IMG/VR virus record: IMGVR_UViG_3300043419_000731
Coordinates: 32,001 to 96,000 of that record
DNA length: 64,000 nucleotides
Source: a virus
Strand: one strand, 5' to 3'
A program made the translations under genes and the position numbers. Of this stretch, positions 8,698-17,063 are shown in pieces. Each line of letters starts with the position of its first letter. The stretch's first letter is position 1. Under the pieces are notes generated by a model, which saw only the letters and a program-made list of their open reading frames with translations, had not been told where the DNA came from and searched no databases.

Positions 8698-9819
8698 ATG
8701 AATAAAAAACTAATAACTGTATTACTATCACTATCATTTATTGTGCCTATGGCGGTACATGCTAACGCTGCTCCAGCAGCCCCAACGATTGCTATCCTAG
8801 ACACAGCTCTGGACTCATCGCTACCAGCATTTCAGGGCAAGGTAATTCAAGAAGTTTGCATTCTTCAGTTCGGCCTATGCCCAAATAATCAGTCATTTAT
8901 GGAAGGCCCAGGAGCAGCAGCAATGTCTGCTAACACAATCACTATGAACGGATTTGATCATGGTACTCAAATGGCATCTGTATTTGTTAAAACAAATCCA
9001 AATGCCAATATTGTATTCATTAGAATTATTGGAGATAAGGCAGGAGTTCGTCAGCCAGCAGGGGAGCCAACAGTATATAACGCTCTTAACTGGGTAAAAG
9101 CAAATGCATTAAAGTATAACATTCAGGCAGTAAGTATGTCGCAAGGCCACCATAATATTGGTGCAGCGGGAACAGATTATTGTCCAAAGACTCCAGTAAC
9201 TGAGCAGGCAGTAAAAGACCTTACGGCAATGCAAATTCCAGTGTTCTTTCCTTCTGGAAATGGTCGTGATTACTCACGTATTGATTGGCCAGCATGCCTA
9301 GATGTTTCAGTTTCTGTAGGATATACAGATCAGCAGGGAGAAATTTCTTCTTCTAGCAATAACGATGCAACAAAGCTTGACTTCTTTGCACTAGGATTTT
9401 TTACAAGCGCAGGTCCAGGTAATGTTCTAAAGAATATCTCAGGCTCATCTTCTGCTACACAGGTAATGGCAGCAAACTGGATTGCATATAAAACTGCAAA
9501 GCCAACTGCTACATATCAAGAAACTTTAGATGCATTCAGAAGTACTGCAGTTTCTACCGTTGGCCGTCAAGGAAAGTTTAATAAGCTTGTTGACTTAAAT
9601 AAAGCATTATCATATACTTCAGCCAAGCCCTCTGCACCAAGTGCAGCGGAACTTGCAGCAGCAGAAGCAGCAGCGCAGGCAGCAGCAAAAGCTGCCTTAC
9701 AAACACAAGTGAATGCTGCAATTGCAGCAGCAGAAGCACAGTATCAAATTGAATTAAAGGCTGCACAAGATAAGCTTGCTGCAACAAAGGCGACATGGTT
9801 GGCAAAACTCAATGGCTGA
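8698..9819 (+). CDS. Secreted subtilisin-like (S8) serine protease
   Basis: Signal peptide; IAILDT (Asp), DHGTQMAS (His), SGN (oxyanion Asn), SGSSSAT (Ser; GTS variant). Confidence 0.85.
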   Translation: MNKKLITVLLSLSFIVPMAVHANAAPAAPTIAILDTALDSSLPAFQGKVIQEVCILQFGLCPNNQSFMEGPGAAAMSANTITMNGFDHGTQMASVFVKTNPNANIVFIRIIGDKAGVRQPAGEPTVYNALNWVKANALKYNIQAVSMSQGHHNIGAAGTDYCPKTPVTEQAVKDLTAMQIPVFFPSGNGRDYSRIDWPACLDVSVSVGYTDQQGEISSSSNNDATKLDFFALGFFTSAGPGNVLKNISGSSSATQVMAANWIAYKTAKPTATYQETLDAFRSTAVSTVGRQGKFNKLVDLNKALSYTSAKPSAPSAAELAAAEAAAQAAAKAALQTQVNAAIAAAEAQYQIELKAAQDKLAATKATWLAKLNG

Positions 9820-10018
9820 ATTAACAGTAATGGATGAAATCATTGGCGAAGTTGCTGAGGGTCTATATAAAAAATGGATTTCAGCAATGCCTGATGATGA
9901 AAAGAATCAACAAGCATTTAGTGCAATGTCAAAAAATGCACATGAAACAACTCTATTTGTAATTCAAGATTTTATGAATAGATTTAATGCAGCAGCGGAG
10001 GAGTTAAAGGATCAATGA
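9812..10018 (+). CDS. Hypothetical protein
   Basis: ATG overlaps the S8 gene end; helical acidic protein. Confidence 0.55.
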   Translation: MAELTVMDEIIGEVAEGLYKKWISAMPDDEKNQQAFSAMSKNAHETTLFVIQDFMNRFNAAAEELKDQ

Positions 10019-10317
10019 TTGTCACAGATGAGACATTTGAATCAACACTATCTGCTCATGATTTAGTGCTCATAGATTTTTGGGCACCTTGGTGTGGACC
10101 ATGTAAAAAGATATCACCAATCTTAGATGAAATCTCAGATGAGCGTGGTTTATGGGTTGGAAAGTTAAATGTTGATGAGAATCCAGTAAAAACTGCTGAA
10201 TACTCTGTTGCTACTATCCCATATATGGTACTATTTAAGTCTGGTCAACCAGTAAAGACCATTACGGGCGCAAAGCCAAAGCATGTAATGCTTGAGGAGC
10301 TTTCGGAATGGATCTAG
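10015..10317 (+). CDS. trxA: Thioredoxin
   Basis: DFWAPWCGPCK, KLNVDENP, IP..VLFK.G. Confidence 0.95.
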   Translation: MIVTDETFESTLSAHDLVLIDFWAPWCGPCKKISPILDEISDERGLWVGKLNVDENPVKTAEYSVATIPYMVLFKSGQPVKTITGAKPKHVMLEELSEWI

Positions 10318-10502
10318 AAAATATAGACTCAGATCATTTAGAGTTTGAGATATGGTTGAAGAGCGGATATGACAGAGGATGGATTACTGATGTATTTTGT
10401 AATACACACGATGGTTCACCTATGACAGAAGAAGAAATGCAAGAATGGGATGAAGGCGGAGACCCGTGTTCGTTTCAGGTAAAGGTATTACCACTAAACT
10501 AA
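10308..10502 (+). CDS. Hypothetical acidic protein
   Basis: Overlaps the trxA end; C..HDG and GDPC motifs. Confidence 0.55.
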   Translation: MDLENIDSDHLEFEIWLKSGYDRGWITDVFCNTHDGSPMTEEEMQEWDEGGDPCSFQVKVLPLN

Positions 10503-10548
10503 CTTTCTGCGCTCATCTAGAGGCAGATTAATTAAGGAGAAAAAATAA

Positions 10549-11637
10549 ATGAAGTCATTTAAGAAACTATCGATTGCTACTGCTGCAGCTCTAGCAATTA
10601 CAACTGTTTCTGTAGCAACATCTTCGGCAGCACCACTAGCCGTTACGGTTGCAACAGTAACAAACGCAACAACATCTGCAGCACCTGCATCAGTTGCAGT
10701 ACCAGCAGCAAACCAGATCACATCTGGTACATCAGTAGCTTTAGCAGCAACTGCTGACACAAATACAGTAGTGTCTTTTGTAGCATCAGATACAATTAAG
10801 CTTGTAACTGCTTTGCACACAACAGATGCACCAAAGACAATTGCTTCTGGAGTATCTACACTATCACTAACATCAGCAGGATCAGCGCTTACTGTTTACG
10901 CTTATACAACAAGCGTTAAGGTTGGAACAGTAACAATTACAAACGGCGGTTATTCAACTGTTGTTTACATCAAGGGAACAGCAGGAGCAGCATCAAATGT
11001 TGCAGTCGCAGTCCCAGCAGCATCAGCAGTTGGAACAATTCCAACAGTAACTGTATCTGCTACAGACGTGTTTGGTAACCCAATTCTTACAGGTGAAACA
11101 ATCACTGCAACAGTTCTCGGTTCAACATTCTCAGATGGGACCATCACAAAGACACTCGTTACTTCTACAACAGCAGAAGCAACAGCAGACACAACTCTAG
11201 TTGCTGGCTCAAAGACTGCATCACTTGCAGTTGGCGTTGCTGGAACAGTTACAGTTGTAGTTACAGGTGCAACATCAGCAGCAACAGTTGCTGGCTTGAC
11301 AGCACCAACAAAGGCAGCACAGGCAGCATTTACTGTATCTGATCTTAATGGTACAGTAGCAACACTTACTGCACAGCTCGCAGCAGAGAAGGCTGGACGT
11401 GCACTTGATGCACAGGCAGCAGCAAATGTTCTCGCAGCAGAGAAGGCTGGACGTGCAGCAGATAAGGTTGCAGCAGATAAGGCACTTGCGGACGCAAAGG
11501 CAGCATCTGATTCAGCAACAGCAACAGCAAAGGCAGCAGCAGATCTTGCTCGTGCAACATATGTTGCAGAGTACAACGCTCTTGCTAAGAAGTGGAACGC
11601 TAAGAATCCAAAGGCTAAGGTTGCACTTAAGAAGTAA
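10549..11637 (+). CDS. Secreted Ala/Thr/Val-rich beta protein with C-terminal coiled coil (surface-layer-like)
   Basis: Sec signal MKSFKKLSIATAAALA...; AAGGAG RBS; own terminator. Confidence 0.7.
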   Translation: MKSFKKLSIATAAALAITTVSVATSSAAPLAVTVATVTNATTSAAPASVAVPAANQITSGTSVALAATADTNTVVSFVASDTIKLVTALHTTDAPKTIASGVSTLSLTSAGSALTVYAYTTSVKVGTVTITNGGYSTVVYIKGTAGAASNVAVAVPAASAVGTIPTVTVSATDVFGNPILTGETITATVLGSTFSDGTITKTLVTSTTAEATADTTLVAGSKTASLAVGVAGTVTVVVTGATSAATVAGLTAPTKAAQAAFTVSDLNGTVATLTAQLAAEKAGRALDAQAAANVLAAEKAGRAADKVAADKALADAKAASDSATATAKAAADLARATYVAEYNALAKKWNAKNPKAKVALKK

Positions 11638-11647
11638 TTAACTTCGA

Positions 11648-11681
11648 TTAAAGGGGCAGGACTCAGGTCTTGCCCCTTTAA
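11648..11681 (+). terminator. Intrinsic terminator hairpin
   Basis: TTAAAGGGGCAGGAC / GTCTTGCCCCTTTAA. Confidence 0.8.
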
Positions 11682-11704
11682 TATTTAAATGATAGAATTG
11701 AGAT

Positions 11705-11923
11705 ATGGAATCAAACAAAAGAAGTTTATATAAGTCGTTTACTTGGCCAGCAGTTCATATAGGATTTGTTGGCACATTAGTCTACTTTTTTGAGAAGGCT
11801 ATTACTGGCGAAGCCCACTGGGAGTATGCTGGTGCATTTGCAATAATTTATACTTTATGTGAGATGGTCGGATACTTTTTGCACGAAAGAGCGTGGTCAA
11901 AGTTTGGAAGTAAGGTTAAATAA
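11705..11923 (+). CDS. DUF2061-like small membrane protein
   Basis: RSLYKSFTW...YFLHERAW pattern. Confidence 0.7.
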   Translation: MESNKRSLYKSFTWPAVHIGFVGTLVYFFEKAITGEAHWEYAGAFAIIYTLCEMVGYFLHERAWSKFGSKVK

Positions 11924-12066
11924 TGGGAAAGCATAACGATAAAATTAAAAAAGCTTTAGAGCAAAGAATTGCTGCAACACCAAATGGGGCGGGATACAAG
12001 AAGCCTGGATCAATGAATAAGAAGAAAACAGGCTATAGAGGACAAGTAGCAAAGGGTCCTAAGTAA
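11923..12066 (+). CDS. 47-aa basic protein
   Basis: Hand translation MGKHNDKIKKALEQRIAATPNGAGYKKPGSMNKKKTGYRGQVAKGPK; TAATG coupling. Confidence 0.55.
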   Translation: MGKHNDKIKKALEQRIAATPNGAGYKKPGSMNKKKTGYRGQVAKGPK

Positions 12067-12069
12067 TTA

Positions 12070-12192
12070 ATGCTCAGCGATAAGTGTGAAATAAAAGATT
12101 GTAATAAGCCAGCCAAGCACATAGGCTCATTGCCTGAGACTGGTATTATTGATATGTGTGCAGATTGTTACCACAGATTATATAGGTCATAA
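12070..12192 (+). CDS. 40-aa Cys-containing peptide
   Basis: MLSDKCEIKDCNKPAKH...MCADCYHRLYRS; fills the gap before the radical SAM gene. Confidence 0.5.
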   Translation: MLSDKCEIKDCNKPAKHIGSLPETGIIDMCADCYHRLYRS

Positions 12193-12194
12193 TA

Positions 12195-13196
12195 ATGAAT
12201 AAGTATTTAATCAAGGCAGTCCAGCTTGATGTAAATGGCTTATGCAATTCTTCTTGCTGGTTTTGCCCAGTCGCCTATGCTGGTAATCCAAAGTCAGCAA
12301 TAAGAGATATGCCTTTATCAGAGATAGAGGATATATTTATTCAATTGACTGAAGGCAAAGGTGACTTTGTAGATCCAGGTCTATCTATAGTTTACTCTGC
12401 TAATTACAATGAGGTTCTTTTGTATAAAGAGTTTGACGCAATGATGGATCTATATGCAAAGTATAATTTTAAAACTAACATACTAACCAACGGAGTCAAC
12501 CTAACTAAATCTAAAACCGATTTACTTATCAAGCACAAAGATTCAATACAGGGAATACTATTAAACATCCCATCATCTGATCCAGAAACTTGGTCTAAAT
12601 ATGTTGGTATGAATATAAACCTGTTTGATAAAGTAATTAATAATGTTAAGCATTTTATAGAAGAAAATAATAAGCTTGAGAATCCAATATTTATTCATTT
12701 AATGATAAATGGTATCAATGAGCTATCATTGACTGAAAATGGTGGATGGCTTAACCTATTAGAAAATGCTCCAATAATGGATCTAAGCCTAGAGAGTGGT
12801 GATCTAAAAAAGGAGCATGATAGATTTCAATCTATATTCCCTAATTTAAGTATAAGCACAGCTCATCACCTATACGACAGGGCGGCACACCTTGAAACAC
12901 ATAAGGTTATGACTCAGGGACCTGCTATTGAAAAGTATTTAAAGGTAAATGGTAGTCGTGTAATTGGATGCAATGGTGGTCTTGGAGTTAGAAGTAGAAC
13001 TAATGAATGGATACATATTAACCCAAATGGAGATTTATTTATTTGCTGTGCTGATTATGATTTTGAAACAATATATGGCAACGCATTTAGCCAGTCAATA
13101 AAGGAAATATGGCACAGCAAGTCAAGGTCTGACATGGTTGAAGAGTCCTATTCTAAGATGTGCACGAGCTGTTCTGCGGCCATTTGGGGCGACTGA
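12195..13196 (+). CDS. Radical SAM protein with C-terminal SPASM/twitch domain
   Basis: CNSSCWFC (CX3CX2C), NEVLL, TNG; C-terminal GC...I.P.GDLFICC...C..C. Confidence 0.9.
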   Translation: MNKYLIKAVQLDVNGLCNSSCWFCPVAYAGNPKSAIRDMPLSEIEDIFIQLTEGKGDFVDPGLSIVYSANYNEVLLYKEFDAMMDLYAKYNFKTNILTNGVNLTKSKTDLLIKHKDSIQGILLNIPSSDPETWSKYVGMNINLFDKVINNVKHFIEENNKLENPIFIHLMINGINELSLTENGGWLNLLENAPIMDLSLESGDLKKEHDRFQSIFPNLSISTAHHLYDRAAHLETHKVMTQGPAIEKYLKVNGSRVIGCNGGLGVRSRTNEWIHINPNGDLFICCADYDFETIYGNAFSQSIKEIWHSKSRSDMVEESYSKMCTSCSAAIWGD

Positions 13197-13300
13197 TGTG
13201 CTGGTTATGTGGGTGCGCTGATCATGTTGGCCTAGGCAACGAGAGAGAGCCTGAAGAGAAGCCTGATCCTAATCAACTAAATGCTATAATAGAGTCATAA
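13196..13300 (+). CDS. 34-aa MCxxCGC peptide
   Basis: MCWLCGCADHVGLGNEREPEEKPDPNQLNAIIES; TGATG coupling to the radical SAM gene. Confidence 0.45.
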   Translation: MCWLCGCADHVGLGNEREPEEKPDPNQLNAIIES

Positions 13301-13346
13301 GCGGAATACTAGTCCCGCTTAAATAAATAACCTATAGGAGTACCAA

Positions 13347-13505
13347 ATGACAACAAATGGAATTAACGGTGGTGGTTTTGAAGCTGCTAAGCCAGCAGGA
13401 ACTAACAGCATCAATGCACACTATTCAGACAATACAGGATCAGCATTCCCAGCAACAGATAAGTCAACACAAGACGGTTCAGGCGTAGGCCAGGGCGGAA
13501 AGTAA
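13347..13505 (+). CDS. 52-aa Gly/Ser/Thr-rich peptide
   Basis: MTTNGINGGGFEAAKPAG...GSGVGQGGK; TGCTATAAT promoter, hairpin and AGGAG RBS upstream. Confidence 0.65.
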   Translation: MTTNGINGGGFEAAKPAGTNSINAHYSDNTGSAFPATDKSTQDGSGVGQGGK

Positions 13506-13507
13506 TA

Positions 13508-13657
13508 ATGTCGATCTTTGATAAAGAAGAAGTTGTAGCACCAACACAGGCAGCAGCAGTTGCTGCAGCTATAAAGCCATCGGCTAAGGTTGAGTGCACA
13601 AGAGACACAAGAGGCGATGCTCCTTGTGCAGTGAAGGATTGCGAGAACTGTAACTAA
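13508..13657 (+). CDS. 49-aa peptide with C-terminal Cys cluster
   Basis: MSIFDKEEVVAP...VECTRDTRGDAPCAVKDCENCN. Confidence 0.55.
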   Translation: MSIFDKEEVVAPTQAAAVAAAIKPSAKVECTRDTRGDAPCAVKDCENCN

Positions 13658-13845
13658 TGTGCATAATGTGTGGTTGCGGAGATTCTAGTAATTTCGGAGA
13701 TATTAAATCACAAGATGCCCCAATGTTTACAATTGGAGATATTTTTGGTGGAGATATAGACGACTTATCAGAGTCAGGTATTAGAGACAGAGATTCTGAA
13801 TCTACTTATAACCCAAGCGGAGAAGTAGAAGACGATAATGACTAA
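13657..13845 (+). CDS. 62-aa MCxxCGC acidic peptide
   Basis: MCIMCGCGD...; TAATG coupling. Confidence 0.5.
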   Translation: MCIMCGCGDSSNFGDIKSQDAPMFTIGDIFGGDIDDLSESGIRDRDSESTYNPSGEVEDDND

Positions 13846-14044
13846 TAGTTTTAAAAAAGAAGATGGTACTGGCATGGTTCCACCAGCTAACGCTGGTGCA
13901 CCTGCTGGTGCTGTAACAAGCACAAACACGCCAAAGAGATATCCAAGGCAGGGTGTAAGAATAGATACTAATAAGCATGGCATTCGAAGAGAAACAAGCT
14001 TAGTACCTAAGCCACCTAAAAAAAGCGGTAGAAAGAAAGTTTAA
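13838..14044 (+). CDS. 68-aa Pro/basic low-complexity protein
   Basis: ORF overlapping both neighbours. Confidence 0.5.
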   Translation: MTNSFKKEDGTGMVPPANAGAPAGAVTSTNTPKRYPRQGVRIDTNKHGIRRETSLVPKPPKKSGRKKV

Positions 14045-14133
14045 TGTGTAGATCATGTGGTGATTGTTCAAAAGAACATTCATTTAACATTGATGATGCA
14101 ATAGATGGGGTTCTAGATTCTCCCATCATTTAG
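14044..14133 (+). CDS. 29-aa MCxxCGxC peptide
   Basis: MCRSCGDCSKEHSFNIDDAIDGVLDSPII; TAATG coupling. Confidence 0.45.
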   Translation: MCRSCGDCSKEHSFNIDDAIDGVLDSPII

Positions 14134-14144
14134 ATATTGGAGTT

Positions 14145-14789
14145 GTGGTGAGCGTTTTAAATATAGATGCTATTGTAAATCAAGGGTATCAGTTTGAGCA
14201 GCTTGATGAGAACATTCTCCTTATAAAAAACTTTTTAACAGATGAAGACCTCAGTATTCTTTGGGATATTATAAATAATTCTACAGATGAAGACTGGGGT
14301 CTTCAACTGCACTACACCAAGCACCTAGAAGATCGTGCAGAAGAGCTTACTGGCAAGCGTGATATAGATGCTGCAGGCATAGAAAGAACCGATAACTGGG
14401 ACGACAAGGTTACACCATTGAGTGGTAAGACGCATCTTGTTCAAGATTTGCCAGAGCGGGTATCAAAATTTTTTAGCAGTGATTGTGGATTTGAATTCAG
14501 AAGCTTTGGAACTATACAGAGAATGTATAAAGGCACTGAGTTAAAAGCACACTACGATGATAGAGCAGATGTAAGACATGTCTGGGCATCAGTTGCTTAT
14601 ATTAATGATGATTATAATGGCGGAGAACTTTACTTTACACACAAAAATATACAGATTAAACCACCAAAGGGTAGTATCATGATATTCCCAGCAACTGAGG
14701 AATACGAGCATGGAGTAAAGCATGTAATAGATGGCCCATTCAGATATGTGCTTCCTGCATTTATCTTCGATCACTCTAAAAAGATATAA
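14145..14789 (+). CDS. 2OG-Fe(II) oxygenase, prolyl-4-hydroxylase-like
   Basis: HYD...YINDDYNGGEL...HGV...RY. Confidence 0.9.
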   Translation: MVSVLNIDAIVNQGYQFEQLDENILLIKNFLTDEDLSILWDIINNSTDEDWGLQLHYTKHLEDRAEELTGKRDIDAAGIERTDNWDDKVTPLSGKTHLVQDLPERVSKFFSSDCGFEFRSFGTIQRMYKGTELKAHYDDRADVRHVWASVAYINDDYNGGELYFTHKNIQIKPPKGSIMIFPATEEYEHGVKHVIDGPFRYVLPAFIFDHSKKI

Positions 14790-15847
14790 TGTATTCATTT
14801 GAAACAAGAGCCATTTCCAGCGGAAGGCCAGATCGATACCCAGATGGACCGCTAAACACACCAGTATCACTTAATTCTACCTACACAGCAGGTGGATCAT
14901 GGGGATATGGTCGGTATGGAAATGATTCATGCATCTCGCTAGAGGAAACGATATCTCAATTAGAGGGCGGAAAGACATTAGCATTTGCATCAGGAATGTC
15001 AGCAATAAGCTCTTTGTTTTCAACAATACCAGTTGGATCAGTAGTTGTCTCATCAAATCAGGGCTATGCTGGAGTTAATGCAACTATGCAAAAACTTCAT
15101 GATGAAGGCAAGATATTTGCAAGATTTGTTGACATATCAAATACTGGAGAAGTTTTAGCCAGCATCGAAGGTGCTTACATGCTATGGCTGGAGTCTCCAA
15201 CAAATCCAAGACTTGATATAGCTGATTTAAACAGACTTATCAGAGCATGTAATAGAACTGGAGTTATTGTTGGAGTTGATAATACTTTTGCAACTCCCAT
15301 TAACCAGAGGCCTCTGGAGTTGGGTGCAGATATGTCTATGAACTCTGTCACTAAGTATTTAGCTGGACATAGTGATGTATTGATGGGCTCTATATCTTTT
15401 AATAATCAAGGCCTATATGATTCAGTAGAGTTTGCAAGAAAAATCAATGGCACAATACCACAGCCATTTGAAGCATGGCTTGCCCTCAGAGGAATTAGAA
15501 CATTTCCATTAAGATTTAAAAAAGCAGAATCAAATGCAAAGCAGCTTTTTAATTTAATTAGTAATCACCCAATGATTTCAAAAGTTTATTACCCAGGGTT
15601 TGGCGCCATGATCTCATTTGAAGTAGACGCTTCACCAGAAGAAGTTGAAGATATTTGCAACAGATCAAAGCTTATTGCTAATGCTACTAGCCTTGGAAGC
15701 GTGGAATCAATATGGGAAAGAAGAAGGCGTTGGGCCCTAGAGAGCCCTTTGGTCTCTGAAAGTTTAATTAGATTATCTGTTGGATGCGAGGATGTCGAAG
15801 ATATCTGGAATGATATAATAGAATCATTAAGCAAATATGCCAGATAG
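14789..15847 (+). CDS. metB: PLP-dependent trans-sulfuration enzyme (cystathionine gamma-synthase/lyase family)
   Basis: YGRYGN, FASGMSAI, LESPTNP, VDNTFATP, SVTKYLAGHSD (PLP Lys), SLGSVES, IRLSVGCED. Confidence 0.88.
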   Translation: MYSFETRAISSGRPDRYPDGPLNTPVSLNSTYTAGGSWGYGRYGNDSCISLEETISQLEGGKTLAFASGMSAISSLFSTIPVGSVVVSSNQGYAGVNATMQKLHDEGKIFARFVDISNTGEVLASIEGAYMLWLESPTNPRLDIADLNRLIRACNRTGVIVGVDNTFATPINQRPLELGADMSMNSVTKYLAGHSDVLMGSISFNNQGLYDSVEFARKINGTIPQPFEAWLALRGIRTFPLRFKKAESNAKQLFNLISNHPMISKVYYPGFGAMISFEVDASPEEVEDICNRSKLIANATSLGSVESIWERRRRWALESPLVSESLIRLSVGCEDVEDIWNDIIESLSKYAR

Positions 15848-16082
15848 AAAATTAATAGATGGCAGTATTGCTAAAGAGTACAGCGATCCAGTAACCATAA
15901 CAGTCTACACCAAAGCTCCAACAAAATGGAAGCTTACTGATATGCAAACTGGAGAAGAGTATATAGCAGATTTTCGCCCAGCTAAAGTTGATGCATTGGC
16001 TATGATTAAAATGGGCGGATTCAGGAATATACAAAAAAATACATACGGGACGTGGGTTAAAATTGAGAAAACTACTGAATAA
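15837..16082 (+). CDS. Hypothetical protein, paralog of 16063-16299
   Basis: TKAPTKW.L.D..TGEEYI...YG.W. Confidence 0.6.
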   Translation: MPDRKLIDGSIAKEYSDPVTITVYTKAPTKWKLTDMQTGEEYIADFRPAKVDALAMIKMGGFRNIQKNTYGTWVKIEKTTE

Positions 16083-16299
16083 TGTATATGGATTTCTTCC
16101 AAGGGTCTATCAAGGTGCTATGGTGGAAGAGTTTCCAAAGGCTGTGGATTTAACAATACACACAAAGGCGCCAGGTAAATGGCTACTAATCGATTTAGAA
16201 ACTGGTCAAGAGTACATAGGGTCAGATGTTCCTACTAAATATGGCAGGTGGAAAAGACTAAAAGACAGGTATGTTCCAGACAACCAGGACATGCTATAA
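16063..16299 (+). CDS. Hypothetical protein, paralog of 15837-16082
   Basis: TKAPGKW.L.D..TGQEYI...YG.W. Confidence 0.6.
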   Translation: MRKLLNNVYGFLPRVYQGAMVEEFPKAVDLTIHTKAPGKWLLIDLETGQEYIGSDVPTKYGRWKRLKDRYVPDNQDML

Positions 16300-16328
16300 T
16301 TGTATAATGAAACATAGGGGGATAGACA

Positions 16329-16913
16329 ATGAAAATTAAATCAATCGGATTAAATCTTAACGGCGGAAGAGGCTTACGCACATTTTTAACAGATTCAGGC
16401 TTTAAGGTAAAATACTTCTATGATTACAGCGGAATCCCAGTAGGCACATATTACGAGAACCTATCTGGAATTGAGTCATATCTAGATTCTGTTGATGACG
16501 GATCAGTAGATGTTATTATTGACTTCCCAATTAACCTAGCATTTAAGCATGCCTACGAAAAGGATTCAGATACAAAGTTTATCTGTCTCCAAAAAGACGT
16601 AGAGAAGTGGCTAGATGTATGGGGTAAGACTATGCAGAAGTATGCAAGCGCTGAGCCATATCAGTTTGAAGAGGCTTTCTGTAAGGCATATTTAGATACA
16701 TCAAAAACTAAGATTTCAGATCTCACAGAAGAAGAGCTAAGAACTATCTATGCTGAGCATTATGCTGCAGTGGAAGAATTCTTCAAAGATAAGCCTAACT
16801 TTTTAAAGGTACACCTAGATGATCCACAGATCTCTGCCAAGCTAAGAACATTCTTTGAAATAACATCAGATATCGAGTTTGATACCTTGTCTGATGAAGC
16901 GGCTATTGCGTAG
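16329..16913 (+). CDS. Sulfotransferase-family-like P-loop protein (divergent)
   Basis: IKSIGLNLNGGRGL...KFICLQKDVEKWL...FLKVHL resembles the KVIGxGxxRTGT / ILTxRDxExW layout. Confidence 0.45.
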   Translation: MKIKSIGLNLNGGRGLRTFLTDSGFKVKYFYDYSGIPVGTYYENLSGIESYLDSVDDGSVDVIIDFPINLAFKHAYEKDSDTKFICLQKDVEKWLDVWGKTMQKYASAEPYQFEEAFCKAYLDTSKTKISDLTEEELRTIYAEHYAAVEEFFKDKPNFLKVHLDDPQISAKLRTFFEITSDIEFDTLSDEAAIA

Positions 16914-17063
16914 TTAGGGTAACACTATGGATGTGATAATGGCTCCATGTTTTTATTGTACTAATAAGGCAGAGTACTTAGCACTAGAAGTTGCAAAAGT
17001 TAATGAAAAGTTAGAGGTCGTTGAGGTCTGTAAAGATCACTTTGTTTTCCCAGGTGTTTCTTA

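Noticed and set aside
3139-11641. Antisense and alternate-frame ORFs over Ala-rich genes (e.g. 4180-4566, 10965-11576, 11399-11641)
   Set aside because: These are shadow ORFs produced by GCA/GCT codon repetition, with no RBS and low-complexity products. The same applies to 56561-56953, 56696-56932 and 52515-52733.
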